Positions 23,929 through 31,877 of a DNA stretch of 64,000 bases are shown one piece after another. Positions within the stretch are counted from its first letter, which is position 1. Each line of letters starts with the position of its first letter. The position numbers were made by a program, and so were the translations under genes. The notes beneath the pieces are model-generated. The model was not told where the DNA came from. It did not search any database and saw only the letters and a program-made list of their open reading frames with translations. The DNA comes from Capsulimonadaceae bacterium. Lineage in GTDB: Bacteria; Armatimonadota; Armatimonadia; Armatimonadales; Capsulimonadaceae. The DNA is taken from contig OZ244065.1 in the NCBI GenBank assembly GCA_965215505.1, positions 736,001 to 800,000 on the forward strand, written 5' to 3'.

Positions 23929-25119
23929 CTAATCCAGCAAAATCACGGCGGCGGTCTGGCCGGCGGGGATGACCGAGACATCGGCGGGGATGACCAGCAG
24001 GGCGTTCGCCTCGACCATGGAGCGCATCATGCCGGACCCCTGCCGGCTGACGGGGGCGACCGTGTAGCCGCCGCCTTCCGCCGTCACGACGGCGCGCTGG
24101 TAGCTCTGGCGGCCCGGCGTATGGCTGGCGTCCTCGGTAAGCCGCGCCGTCATCCGCGGGCGGGAGGGTTCTGTCAGCCCGCGCAGGCGGCGCAGGGCAG
24201 GCCGGACGAACAGCTCGAACGTCACCATGGAGGAGACGGGGTTGCCGGGCAGGCCGAAAAAGACGGTCTCGCCCCAGCGCCCGAAGGCGACCGGCTTGCC
24301 GGGGCGGATGGCGACGCGCCAGAAGTCCATCGTCCCGCGCTCGGCGAAGACGGCCTTGACAAAGTCGTAATCGCCGACCGAGACGCCCCCGCTGGTCAGC
24401 AGCACGTCCGCCCCCGAGGCCCGGTCGAAGGCTTCGCGCAGTGCCTCCGGCGTGTCCCGCGCGTGGAGCCGGTGGGTCACGGTCCCGCCCGCCTCGGTCA
24501 CCTGGGCGGCCAGGGTGTAGGCGTTGGAGTTGTAAATCTGTCCCGGCAGGAGCGGCAGCCCCGGCTCGACCAGCTCATCCCCGGTGCTGATGATCGCCAC
24601 GCGCGGGCGGGGGTGGGCGCGGAGCAGGGCGCGGCCCACGACGGCGGCCATGCCGACCTCGGCGGGGCGAACCAAGCTGCCCGCCGCCATGACCAGACTT
24701 CCTGCCTCCACATCCTCCCCGGCTCGCCGGATGTGCTGGCCCGGCTCAATGGGCTGGAGGAAGGCGACGCCCGCGCCTTGCGCCTCGGTGTCCTCCACAG
24801 GTACGACCGTGTCCGCACCGGGCGGGACGGGTGCCCCGGTCATGATCCGCACGGCACTGCCGGGCGTCAGCGTCGGCAGGGACAGCGCCCCGGCGGGGAT
24901 GTCGCCCGACACGGGCAGCGTCGCGGGGATGTTCGCCAACTCGGCGGCCCGGACGGCGAAGCCGTCCATGCTGCTGTTGTCGAACGGCGGGACGGCCTGG
25001 GGCGCATACACGTCTTCGGTAAGGACGCAGCCGAGCGCGTCTGCGAGCGGCAGATCAACGGGCCGGAGCGGTGCGATCTGGCTGAGAATCTGGGCGAGGG
25101 CCTGGTCGTAGGTGAGCAT
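23929..25119 (-). CDS. moeA: Molybdopterin molybdotransferase MoeA
   Basis: PPFDNSSMDGFAV, RIMTGAP, STGDEL, SGGVSVGDYD and GLPGNPVS. Confidence 0.96.
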   Translation of the reverse strand: MLTYDQALAQILSQIAPLRPVDLPLADALGCVLTEDVYAPQAVPPFDNSSMDGFAVRAAELANIPATLPVSGDIPAGALSLPTLTPGSAVRIMTGAPVPPGADTVVPVEDTEAQGAGVAFLQPIEPGQHIRRAGEDVEAGSLVMAAGSLVRPAEVGMAAVVGRALLRAHPRPRVAIISTGDELVEPGLPLLPGQIYNSNAYTLAAQVTEAGGTVTHRLHARDTPEALREAFDRASGADVLLTSGGVSVGDYDFVKAVFAERGTMDFWRVAIRPGKPVAFGRWGETVFFGLPGNPVSSMVTFELFVRPALRRLRGLTEPSRPRMTARLTEDASHTPGRQSYQRAVVTAEGGGYTVAPVSRQGSGMMRSMVEANALLVIPADVSVIPAGQTAAVILLD

Positions 25120-25128
25120 AATATGGCC

Positions 25129-25270
25129 CCCGGCCTTGAAAGGCCGGGCTACTGGTGAGTGAAAGCCCCTCCGGGGTTTCAGAGAGGACGGTGGCAGCGC
25201 GAAACCGTCCTTAGCCCCGGAGGACCTTCGTCCTGCTTAACCGGGAGTAGCCGGGCCTTTCAAGGCCGGG
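25129..25270. repeat. GTAG-type REPIN (inverted REP pair with nested stems)
   Basis: cccggccttgaaaggccgggctac (25129-25152) and gtagccgggcctttcaaggccggg (25247-25270). Nested stems ctccgggg/ccccggag and aggacgg/ccgtcct. Confidence 0.8.
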
Positions 25271-25276
25271 TGCCCC

Positions 25277-25780
25277 TCATGGCTCGACCGGATGCCCCGT
25301 CTCGCGCACCCGCAGGACATCCACGGCGTGGGGCAGCAGGGGGATGAGGCTGACCGTGCCGTCCCGCGCCCCGGACGGGCTGCCGGGGAGGTTGACGATG
25401 AGGGTCGCGCCCCGGACCCCCGCGATGCCGCGCGAGAGGGCGGCGAAGGGGGTCTGTTTCAGGCCCTCCCAGAGCAAAAACTGGCTGATGTTGGGCGCGG
25501 CCCGCTCCAGGACTTTGCCAGTCGCCTCGGGCGTCACGTCGCGCGGGCTGAAGCCGGTGCCGCCGGTGGTCAGGATGACGTCACACCCGTACTCGTCCGC
25601 CCAGCGCCTCAGAGTCTCGGCGATGACCTTCTTGTCGTCCGGCACGACGGCCTCCAAAGCCACGACGAACTCCGCTTTGGGCAGGCTTTTTTTGACGGCC
25701 GGGCCGGACAGGTCTTCCCGCTCGCCCGCACTGCACCGGTCACTGACCGTCAGTACCCCGACTCGGATCAACTCTCCCAT
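25277..25780 (-). CDS. mog: Molybdopterin adenylyltransferase MogA/MoaB
   Basis: LTVSD...REDLSG, TTGGTG.SPRDVTPEAT, LSRG.AG and NLPGSP. Start MGELIR at 25780. Confidence 0.92.
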   Translation of the reverse strand: MGELIRVGVLTVSDRCSAGEREDLSGPAVKKSLPKAEFVVALEAVVPDDKKVIAETLRRWADEYGCDVILTTGGTGFSPRDVTPEATGKVLERAAPNISQFLLWEGLKQTPFAALSRGIAGVRGATLIVNLPGSPSGARDGTVSLIPLLPHAVDVLRVRETGHPVEP

Positions 25781-26241
25781 GCGAAGTCTCCACTCTTCCC
25801 GCCGGTCTTCGTGACCAGATGGACGCCCTCGATCACCATGCGCTTGTCCACGGCCTTCGCCATGTCGTAGACGGTTAGCGCGGCGACCGTCGCCGCCGTC
25901 AGCGCCTCCATCTCGACGCCCGTCTGTGCCACCGTCGTCGCCGACGTCCTGATCGTCAGCCGCCCCTCGCCGAACTCGAAGTCCACGGAAACGTCGGCAA
26001 GCGGCAGCGAGTGGCACAGGGGGATCAGCTCATCCACCCGCTTCGCCGCCAAAACCCCGGCGACCCGCGCGACGGCCAGGGCGTCCCCCTTGGCGAGTTC
26101 GTTTTGACGAATTTTGTGCAGCGTCTCCGGCAGCATGGTCAGGATGGCCTGCGCCGCTGCCACCCGTCGGGTCGTCTCTTTGGCGGAAACGTCCACCATG
26201 CGCGCCTTGCCGTGTTCGTCAATGTGGGTGAGGTCAGGCAT
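25768..26241 (-). CDS. moaC: Cyclic pyranopterin monophosphate synthase MoaC
   Basis: LTHID..G.ARMVDVS.K, KGD, LIPLCH, TGVEMEAL and YDM.KAVD. Confidence 0.96.
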   Translation of the reverse strand: MPDLTHIDEHGKARMVDVSAKETTRRVAAAQAILTMLPETLHKIRQNELAKGDALAVARVAGVLAAKRVDELIPLCHSLPLADVSVDFEFGEGRLTIRTSATTVAQTGVEMEALTAATVAALTVYDMAKAVDKRMVIEGVHLVTKTGGKSGDFAWES

Positions 26242-26465
26242 CAGATCATCCCATTGGCACGCTTTAGGGCTTGCAGCAGATCTATCATCTCGCTGGGCCG
26301 GAAGTAGATGCCCTTAACGATGTGGCCGGTGTCTCCATGAAGGGTGTCGATATAGACGTTGCGGGTGCCGTCCTTGCCCTCACGGATCGTGATTTGACAC
26401 TGGCAGTTTGGGGTTCTGCTGCTCGGCCACGGGAATGTGGCGACGACTTCCTCATCGTTGTTCAA
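26241..26465 (-). CDS. Small hypothetical protein
   Basis: 74-aa ORF. Its stop overlaps the moaC start (TGATG) and its TTG start overlaps the upstream stop. Lower GC. Confidence 0.5.
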   Translation of the reverse strand: MNNDEEVVATFPWPSSRTPNCQCQITIREGKDGTRNVYIDTLHGDTGHIVKGIYFRPSEMIDLLQALKRANGMI

Positions 26466-26803
26466 TTTGCGGTCCCCACTTCTGCCTTCCGACGGCCTGA
26501 TGGTTCGGTTTTGCGTGCCTCACAAGTCCTTTGCCACTCGTCTGCTGAGACGCGGCGAACACAACTCTCGCCACGCTCATCGTAAATGAGCCAGCCATCA
26601 ATCTCCGCAGACAACTCGCGGAGCATGATTATTTGCTCAGAGCTGATACTGTTCTTCCAGCGCAAGTCCGAAGACAGCCCATGAACAACATCCCATATCG
26701 CGTACTCGGTCCCCATCTCCCAGGACGCGCAGTAAGCATCCTGGCTGATCTCCGACATCAGCATGGACATGAGCGCGACCAGAGTTTTCTTGCTGAGTGC
26801 CAT
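26462..26803 (-). CDS. Hypothetical protein
   Basis: MALSKK start with GAGG RBS and TGnTATAAT upstream. Contains a conserved-looking MSEISQDAYCASWEMGTEYAIW motif. Confidence 0.6.
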   Translation of the reverse strand: MALSKKTLVALMSMLMSEISQDAYCASWEMGTEYAIWDVVHGLSSDLRWKNSISSEQIIMLRELSAEIDGWLIYDERGESCVRRVSADEWQRTCEARKTEPSGRRKAEVGTAN

Positions 26804-26862
26804 AGCGTGTACCTGCCTCTTATTATACCACGCGCCCCGCCCACAAACAAGCAATCCTGCAC

Positions 26863-26920
26863 TTGACAGCCATGGTAGACGCTTGGTATAATCAGATGTC
26901 TACAGTAGAAAGGAGTCTAC
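26863..26920 (+). promoter_or_regulatory. Consensus sigma70 promoter with overlapping palindromic operator candidates
   Basis: TTGACA (26863-26868), N18, TG-n-TATAAT (26887-26892). Half-sites GTAGAC 26875-80, GTCTAC 26898-903, GTAGAA 26905-10 and GTCTAC 26915-20. Confidence 0.75.
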
Positions 26921-26923
26921 ACA

Positions 26924-28123
26924 GTGTCCGTCGGCTGGCTGTTTTTGGATATGAACTCGTTTTTCGCCTCGGTCGAGCAGCAGGAACACCCCGAGCTGCG
27001 CGGGCGGCCGGTCGCGGTCGTCCCGCTGCTTTCGGACACGACTTGCTGCATCGCGGCGTCTTACGAGGCGAAGGCGTATGGGGTCAAGACGGGGACGAAC
27101 GTCGCCGAGGCCAAGCGGCTCTGCCCGAGCCTGCGGCTGGTCGAGGCGAAGCACGGGCCGTACCGGGAGTATCAGGCGCGGATCTTCAACACGGTGGCGC
27201 AGTGCCTCCCGGTGACGGAAGTCCTATCGGTGGACGAGATGGTGTGCAAGCTGTGGGCGAACGAGCGGCACCTGAGCGACGCGATCCGGCTAGGCGAACA
27301 CATCAAGGGGCGGATCAAGGCGGAGGTGGGCGAGTACATGCACTGCTCGGTGGGGCTGGGGCTGAACCCGTTCCTCGCCAAAGTCGCCGCCGAGATGCAG
27401 AAGCCGAACGGGCTGGTCGTCCTGGACGCCGAGGACCTGCCGCACAAGCTGTTCCGGCTGGCTTTGACCGACTTCCCCGGCATCAGCACGGGCATGGAGG
27501 CGCGGCTGCACGCTCGTGGCGTACATACCACCGAACAAATGTACGCGCTGACACTGGCGCAGATGCGGGCGATCTGGGGCGGCATCGGAGGGGAACACTG
27601 GTGGCACCTGCTCCGGGGCCATGAGGTCGCGAAGCCACCGGCCGTCCGGCGGAGCATCGGCCACTCGCACGTCCTGGCCCCCGAACTGCGGACGCCGGAA
27701 GGGGCGGCGTCGGTGGCCGGGCGGCTTTTAGAAAAGGCGGCGGAGCGGATGCGGCATCACGGCTACTCGGCGCGCGGGCTGGCCGTCCATGTGCGGAGCG
27801 AGGACGGACAGACCTGGGCGGCCAAGCGGAGATCGCTGCCCTGCACGGACACCTGGACACTGCTGGCGTCTCTGCGCTCCTTATGGGAACATCCGTTCCC
27901 TATAGTGCGTCAGGTCGGGGTCGTGCTGTATGACCTGGTGCCGGACGGCCAGTGGACTCCCTCGCTGTTCGGGGAAGATGCGGCGCGGCGGACCGCCTCG
28001 CGGGCGGTAGACGAAATCAACCGCCGTTTCGGGCGCGGGACGCTGTCGATGGCCTCGGTGGTGCCGGTGCGCGGGACGGCGGAGGACAAGATCGCGTTCG
28101 GGAAAGTTGGGGAAATGGATTGA
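26924..28123 (+). CDS. dinB: Y-family DNA polymerase (DinB/Pol IV-like)
   Basis: LDMNSFFASVEQ, AASYEAK.YGV.TG, SVDE, AK.A.E.QKPNG and C-terminal D.IN.RFG. Catalytic acidic residues are intact. Confidence 0.92.
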   Translation: MSVGWLFLDMNSFFASVEQQEHPELRGRPVAVVPLLSDTTCCIAASYEAKAYGVKTGTNVAEAKRLCPSLRLVEAKHGPYREYQARIFNTVAQCLPVTEVLSVDEMVCKLWANERHLSDAIRLGEHIKGRIKAEVGEYMHCSVGLGLNPFLAKVAAEMQKPNGLVVLDAEDLPHKLFRLALTDFPGISTGMEARLHARGVHTTEQMYALTLAQMRAIWGGIGGEHWWHLLRGHEVAKPPAVRRSIGHSHVLAPELRTPEGAASVAGRLLEKAAERMRHHGYSARGLAVHVRSEDGQTWAAKRRSLPCTDTWTLLASLRSLWEHPFPIVRQVGVVLYDLVPDGQWTPSLFGEDAARRTASRAVDEINRRFGRGTLSMASVVPVRGTAEDKIAFGKVGEMD

Positions 28124-28168
28124 AGCCCTGCCGTTCGGGGCGGAGCGTTTTCCGGGTACATCTTTCCC

Positions 28169-28972
28169 ATGCTATTCCTCGGCTTAGACCTCGCCTGGGG
28201 CGACAAGAACACCAGCGGCGGCCTGGTCCTCTTCTACTCCCCTGACGGCAACAATCATGGGACGATCCTTGATGTCACCGAGGCACTAGGAGATGACGAC
28301 GAGATCGTCGCCTGGGTCCGGCGCTGGGACGCGGAGGCCGGGGCGGAGGGGTTGGTGCTGGGCGTGGACGCGCCGCTGCTGGTGCCGAACCTGACGGGCA
28401 AGCGGCCGTGTGAGGCCGAAATCGGGCGGCGGTTTGCGAGGTTCCAGGCAGGGGCACACCCGGCGAACCGAACCATCTTCAAGGACAGTGTTCGGGGCGA
28501 GCGGCTGGTGGCGCGGCTGGCGGAGCATGGGGTCACGGATAACCCGTATCTTGATGCCCCGCGCCAAGCGGGTGTGCGGCAGATGATGGAAGTATTCCCC
28601 CACCCCGCCCATGTCATTCTGTTCGGATTGGCGCGGACGCTGAAATACAAAGCGAAGCCGGGCCGGGACTATGCAAGCCGCTGGGCGGCGATGAACGAGT
28701 ACAGTCGCCTCCTGCGGGGTCTGACAGCCCATGACCCGCCTTTGAAGCTGCCCCCGGATTGGCCGCCTGCCGACACGAGAGGCATTATCGCGGGGGCTTT
28801 GAAGCGGCTCGAAGACGGAATGGACGCGCTCACCTGCGCTTACATCGTTTACTGGTACTGGTGGCACGGCCGGGAAGGCGCGGAGGTGCTGGGGGACCTG
28901 ACGGACGGCTACATCGTCATCCCGCACCGGCCCGATGCGGACAAGCCCTCGGGGGATAATCAGGTACAATAG
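28169..28972 (+). CDS. DUF429 family protein (predicted RNase H-fold nuclease)
   Basis: FLGLDLAW, GVDAPL.VPN.TG.R..E, EVFPH, KYK and LED..DA..CAY. Confidence 0.85.
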   Translation: MLFLGLDLAWGDKNTSGGLVLFYSPDGNNHGTILDVTEALGDDDEIVAWVRRWDAEAGAEGLVLGVDAPLLVPNLTGKRPCEAEIGRRFARFQAGAHPANRTIFKDSVRGERLVARLAEHGVTDNPYLDAPRQAGVRQMMEVFPHPAHVILFGLARTLKYKAKPGRDYASRWAAMNEYSRLLRGLTAHDPPLKLPPDWPPADTRGIIAGALKRLEDGMDALTCAYIVYWYWWHGREGAEVLGDLTDGYIVIPHRPDADKPSGDNQVQ

Positions 28973-28975
28973 GCC

Positions 28976-29542
28976 ATGCCTGCTTCGCCGCTCCCGGTCC
29001 TGCAAACGCCGCGCCTGACTTTGCGCCCCATGACCGTCGCCGACACGGAGGCCGTCTACAAGATGATTGCCGCCTCGCGCGAATCGTTCGCGCGCTGGTT
29101 CGGCTGGGCACGGGCCAGCACGAGGGAGTCGGTACAGGATTATGTGCAGCAGGCGGCGGAGGGGATGACGGTCGGGAGCGCCTGGCACTACGTCGTGCGG
29201 ACGCGGCAGGGGAGTCTGATTGCGCGGGTGGGCCTGACTCAGATCGACCCGGTCAACTTCAGCGCCGAGCTTGGCTACATGCTGCGGACGGATTTCGAGG
29301 GAAGCGGGCTGATGACCGAGGCCGCGCAGTATCTTCTTTCCTACGCCTTCGGCGCGGGCGGCCTGCACCGGATTACTGCCTATGCCGATGTGGAGAACGT
29401 CGGCAGCCAGAAGGTGCTGGCCCGGCTAGGCTTCCGGCACGAGGGGACGGCGCGGCACATGCTGCACCTCCCCGAGCGCGGCTGGCGCGACCACCACGCC
29501 TACGGGCTGCTGGAAGGGGAACTGCGTGACGGACGCAAGTGA
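28976..29542 (+). CDS. RimJ/RimL-type GNAT N-acetyltransferase
   Basis: LQTPRLTLRP, AELGY, G.GLMTEA and N..SQ.VL.RLGF..EG. TACAAT lies 5 nt upstream of the ATG. Confidence 0.9.
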   Translation: MPASPLPVLQTPRLTLRPMTVADTEAVYKMIAASRESFARWFGWARASTRESVQDYVQQAAEGMTVGSAWHYVVRTRQGSLIARVGLTQIDPVNFSAELGYMLRTDFEGSGLMTEAAQYLLSYAFGAGGLHRITAYADVENVGSQKVLARLGFRHEGTARHMLHLPERGWRDHHAYGLLEGELRDGRK

Positions 29543-30170
29543 GCCTCCGGACCTGCTGGTCTGCGCGGCGACGGAAATGGAGCTTAAGGCATTTGGGAAT
29601 GTGTGCGCGGGCGACGGACGGGAGAGTTTCCTCACCGGCGTCGGCGTTCCCGTCGCACTCGCTCAGACACTGCTGGTCGCAGGGCGTCTGCGGCCTGCCC
29701 GCATCCTGAACATCGGCATCGCCGGGGCCTACCCCGGCAGCGGTCTTGCCATCGGCGACATCGTGATCGGCACCTCCGAGGTCTACGGCGATGTCGGCTT
29801 CGAGCTGCCCGAAGCGCCGGGTTTCCGGCACATCGGCGAGTCCTCTTGGGGGACCTTCTACCACGACCCGCTGACACTGACGGCGTTCCCGGAGTTCGCG
29901 GGCACGGCGACCGGGCGTGGCTGCACCGTCAATGCCTGCACCGGGACGGAGACCACGGGGCAACTGCGGGAGCATCTTTTCGGGGCCGCCTTCGAGACGA
30001 TGGAGGGCGCGGCAGTCGCGCAGGCCGGTACTGTGCTGGGCATCCCCGTCTGCGAGATACGCGCCATCAGCAACATCGCCTCCGACCGGGACATGCGGCC
30101 CGAGAACATCAAGACGGCCCTCGAAAGCCTGCGAGCCTACTTCCAGAAGTTTAGAAAAAGAACACCATGA
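29526..30170 (+). CDS. mqnB: Futalosine hydrolase
   Basis: PNP/MTAN fold: TGVG, NIGIAG, TVN.CTG, E.MEGAA and RAISN. Coupled to mqnD. Confidence 0.88.
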   Translation: MTDASEPPDLLVCAATEMELKAFGNVCAGDGRESFLTGVGVPVALAQTLLVAGRLRPARILNIGIAGAYPGSGLAIGDIVIGTSEVYGDVGFELPEAPGFRHIGESSWGTFYHDPLTLTAFPEFAGTATGRGCTVNACTGTETTGQLREHLFGAAFETMEGAAVAQAGTVLGIPVCEIRAISNIASDRDMRPENIKTALESLRAYFQKFRKRTP

Positions 30171-30967
30171 CCGACCTGAGCCTGGGCATCTCGCCCTGCC
30201 CGAACGACGTCTACATTTTCAGCGGCCTGCTGCTGGGCGCGGTCCATGCCGAGGGCATGACGTTCCATGTGGACTATCAGGACGTGGAGACACTGAACGC
30301 CCGCGCACAGGCAGGGGCGATGGACGTGGTCAAGATCAGCTACGCGAACTTCTTCCACTGCCAGTCCCAATACGATCTGCTGCCCTGCGGCGGTGCCTTG
30401 GGGCGCGGCGTCGGCCCGCTGCTGCTGTCCAACGGGGGCGGCTGGGACCCGGACGGGGAGGTACTGGTGCCGGGCGAGTTCACGACCGCGAACTTCCTGC
30501 TGGACTTCTACGCCGGCCGCCCCCTCCGCAAGCGGTTCCTGCCGTTCGACGCGCTGTACGCGCGGCTTTTGGACACGCCGGGCACACAAGGCGTGGTGAT
30601 TCACGAGAAGCGGTTCACGTTCGCCGCCGACGGGCTGCATCTGATTCAGGACTTGGGAGACTATTGGGAGCGCGAAACCGGCTTTGCCATTCCGCTGGGC
30701 GCGATCGCCGCCCGAAAGGGCTTGGACCACGCGCGTCTGGCCGAGGCCGTGCGCGGCAGCCTGCGCTGGGCTTATGCCCATGACCCGGAGGCGTTCGCGC
30801 TCTGCCGTGAACACTCACAAGACCTGAACCCCGCCGTCGTGCGCGCCCACATCGAGCTGTACGTCAACAGCTTCACGGAAGACGTGGGGCCGGAGGGGCA
30901 GGCGGCGGTGGAGTTCTTCCTGTCGCGGCAGCGTGACGCGGCGGCGAGAAATAGGAACCGGCCATGA
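30167..30967 (+). CDS. mqnD: 1,4-dihydroxy-6-naphthoate synthase
   Basis: SPCPND, DVETLN, K.S, GALGRG.GP, IHE.RFT, DLG..WE, PLG and HI.LYVN. Confidence 0.95.
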   Translation: MTDLSLGISPCPNDVYIFSGLLLGAVHAEGMTFHVDYQDVETLNARAQAGAMDVVKISYANFFHCQSQYDLLPCGGALGRGVGPLLLSNGGGWDPDGEVLVPGEFTTANFLLDFYAGRPLRKRFLPFDALYARLLDTPGTQGVVIHEKRFTFAADGLHLIQDLGDYWERETGFAIPLGAIAARKGLDHARLAEAVRGSLRWAYAHDPEAFALCREHSQDLNPAVVRAHIELYVNSFTEDVGPEGQAAVEFFLSRQRDAAARNRNRP

Positions 30968-31100
30968 ATGGCCGGCCTACTGTTAAGTGGAAACCGCTAC
31001 GCGGTTGAAGAGGGGATTAACTACAACGGCTGTTCTTTCCATTTCCTAGTCGCGGAGCGACTTCCATTCAACAGTAGGCCGGCCATTCATGGCCGGTTCC
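30954..31100. repeat. GTAG-type REPIN with perfect 31-bp terminal inverted repeats
   Basis: ggaaccggccatgaatggccggcctactgtt (30954-30984) is the exact reverse complement of 31070-31100. Imperfect pairing continues about 20 bp inward. Confidence 0.85.
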
Positions 31101-31111
31101 AAGCTCTCCCC

Positions 31112-31873
31112 TCACCCGCGCCCCAGCCGCGCCGCGTCTTCATACCGCACCAGGGAGCCGCCGAAAATGTCCAAGGCACTGCCGATGGTCAGGTCCACCC
31201 TGCCGCCGGAAAGCTGCTCGACGCGGGCGATGTCTTGCAGGCGGCGCGCGCCGCCGGCGTAGGTGGTCGGCAGTGTCACCCATTCCCCCAGTAGACCCAC
31301 CAACTCCCCGTCAATCCCCTCGCACTTGCCTTCCACATCAGCGGCGTGGATGAGGAGTTCAGCGCACGACGCCTCAAACAATGCGAATGTCTCGGCGTTC
31401 AGACGGGTGGCAGTGAGCGTATGCCAGCGGTCGGTGGCGACGTGATATGTGCCCTCGGGCGTGCGGCGGCAGGAGAGGTCCACGACGAGGCGGGGGCTGC
31501 CTACGGCTTGGGTCACGGCGCGCAGGCGTTCGGGGGAGAAGACGCCGTCAGGAAAGAGATAAGAGGTAACGATGACGTGGCTCGCGCCAGCGTCCAGCCA
31601 GCCGGGCGCGTTTTCGGGTGTGACGCCGCCGCCGATCTGGAGGCCGCCGGGGTAGGCGGCCAGCGCGGAACGGGCGGCGTCTTCGCTGCCAGGCCCCAGC
31701 ATGATGACGTGGCCGCCGCGCAGGCCGTCGCGGCGGTAGAGGGCGGCGAAATCGGAGGCGGAGCGGTCGGAGACGTGGTTTGTGATCGTCTGGTCGCCGT
31801 CGTCGGTGAGGGTGCCGCCGACGATCTGGACGACGCGGCCCGCGCGGAGGTCGATGCAGGGGCGGAAGGCCAT
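31112..31873 (-). CDS. hisA: ProFAR isomerase, eukaryote-type (His6-like)
   Basis: FRPCID..G.V.QIVGGTL, GGHVIMLG, DLSCR, HAADVEG.C.GID and DLTIGSALDIFGG. Confidence 0.93.
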   Translation of the reverse strand: MAFRPCIDLRAGRVVQIVGGTLTDDGDQTITNHVSDRSASDFAALYRRDGLRGGHVIMLGPGSEDAARSALAAYPGGLQIGGGVTPENAPGWLDAGASHVIVTSYLFPDGVFSPERLRAVTQAVGSPRLVVDLSCRRTPEGTYHVATDRWHTLTATRLNAETFALFEASCAELLIHAADVEGKCEGIDGELVGLLGEWVTLPTTYAGGARRLQDIARVEQLSGGRVDLTIGSALDIFGGSLVRYEDAARLGRG

Positions 31874-31877
31874 GGGG

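Noticed and set aside
25129..25270. Moco riboswitch upstream of moeA
   Set aside because: The structure is a symmetric inverted GTAG-REP pair with the same layout as the other REPINs here, and I could not find the Moco RNA conserved segments. A covariance search would settle it.
26924..28123. ImuB or a UmuDC mutagenesis cassette
   Set aside because: The catalytic residues are intact (ImuB is inactive), and no imuA, dnaE2 or umuD is adjacent.
30968..31294. 108-aa ORF downstream of mqnD
   Set aside because: It is a translation of the REPIN plus the antisense strand of hisA.
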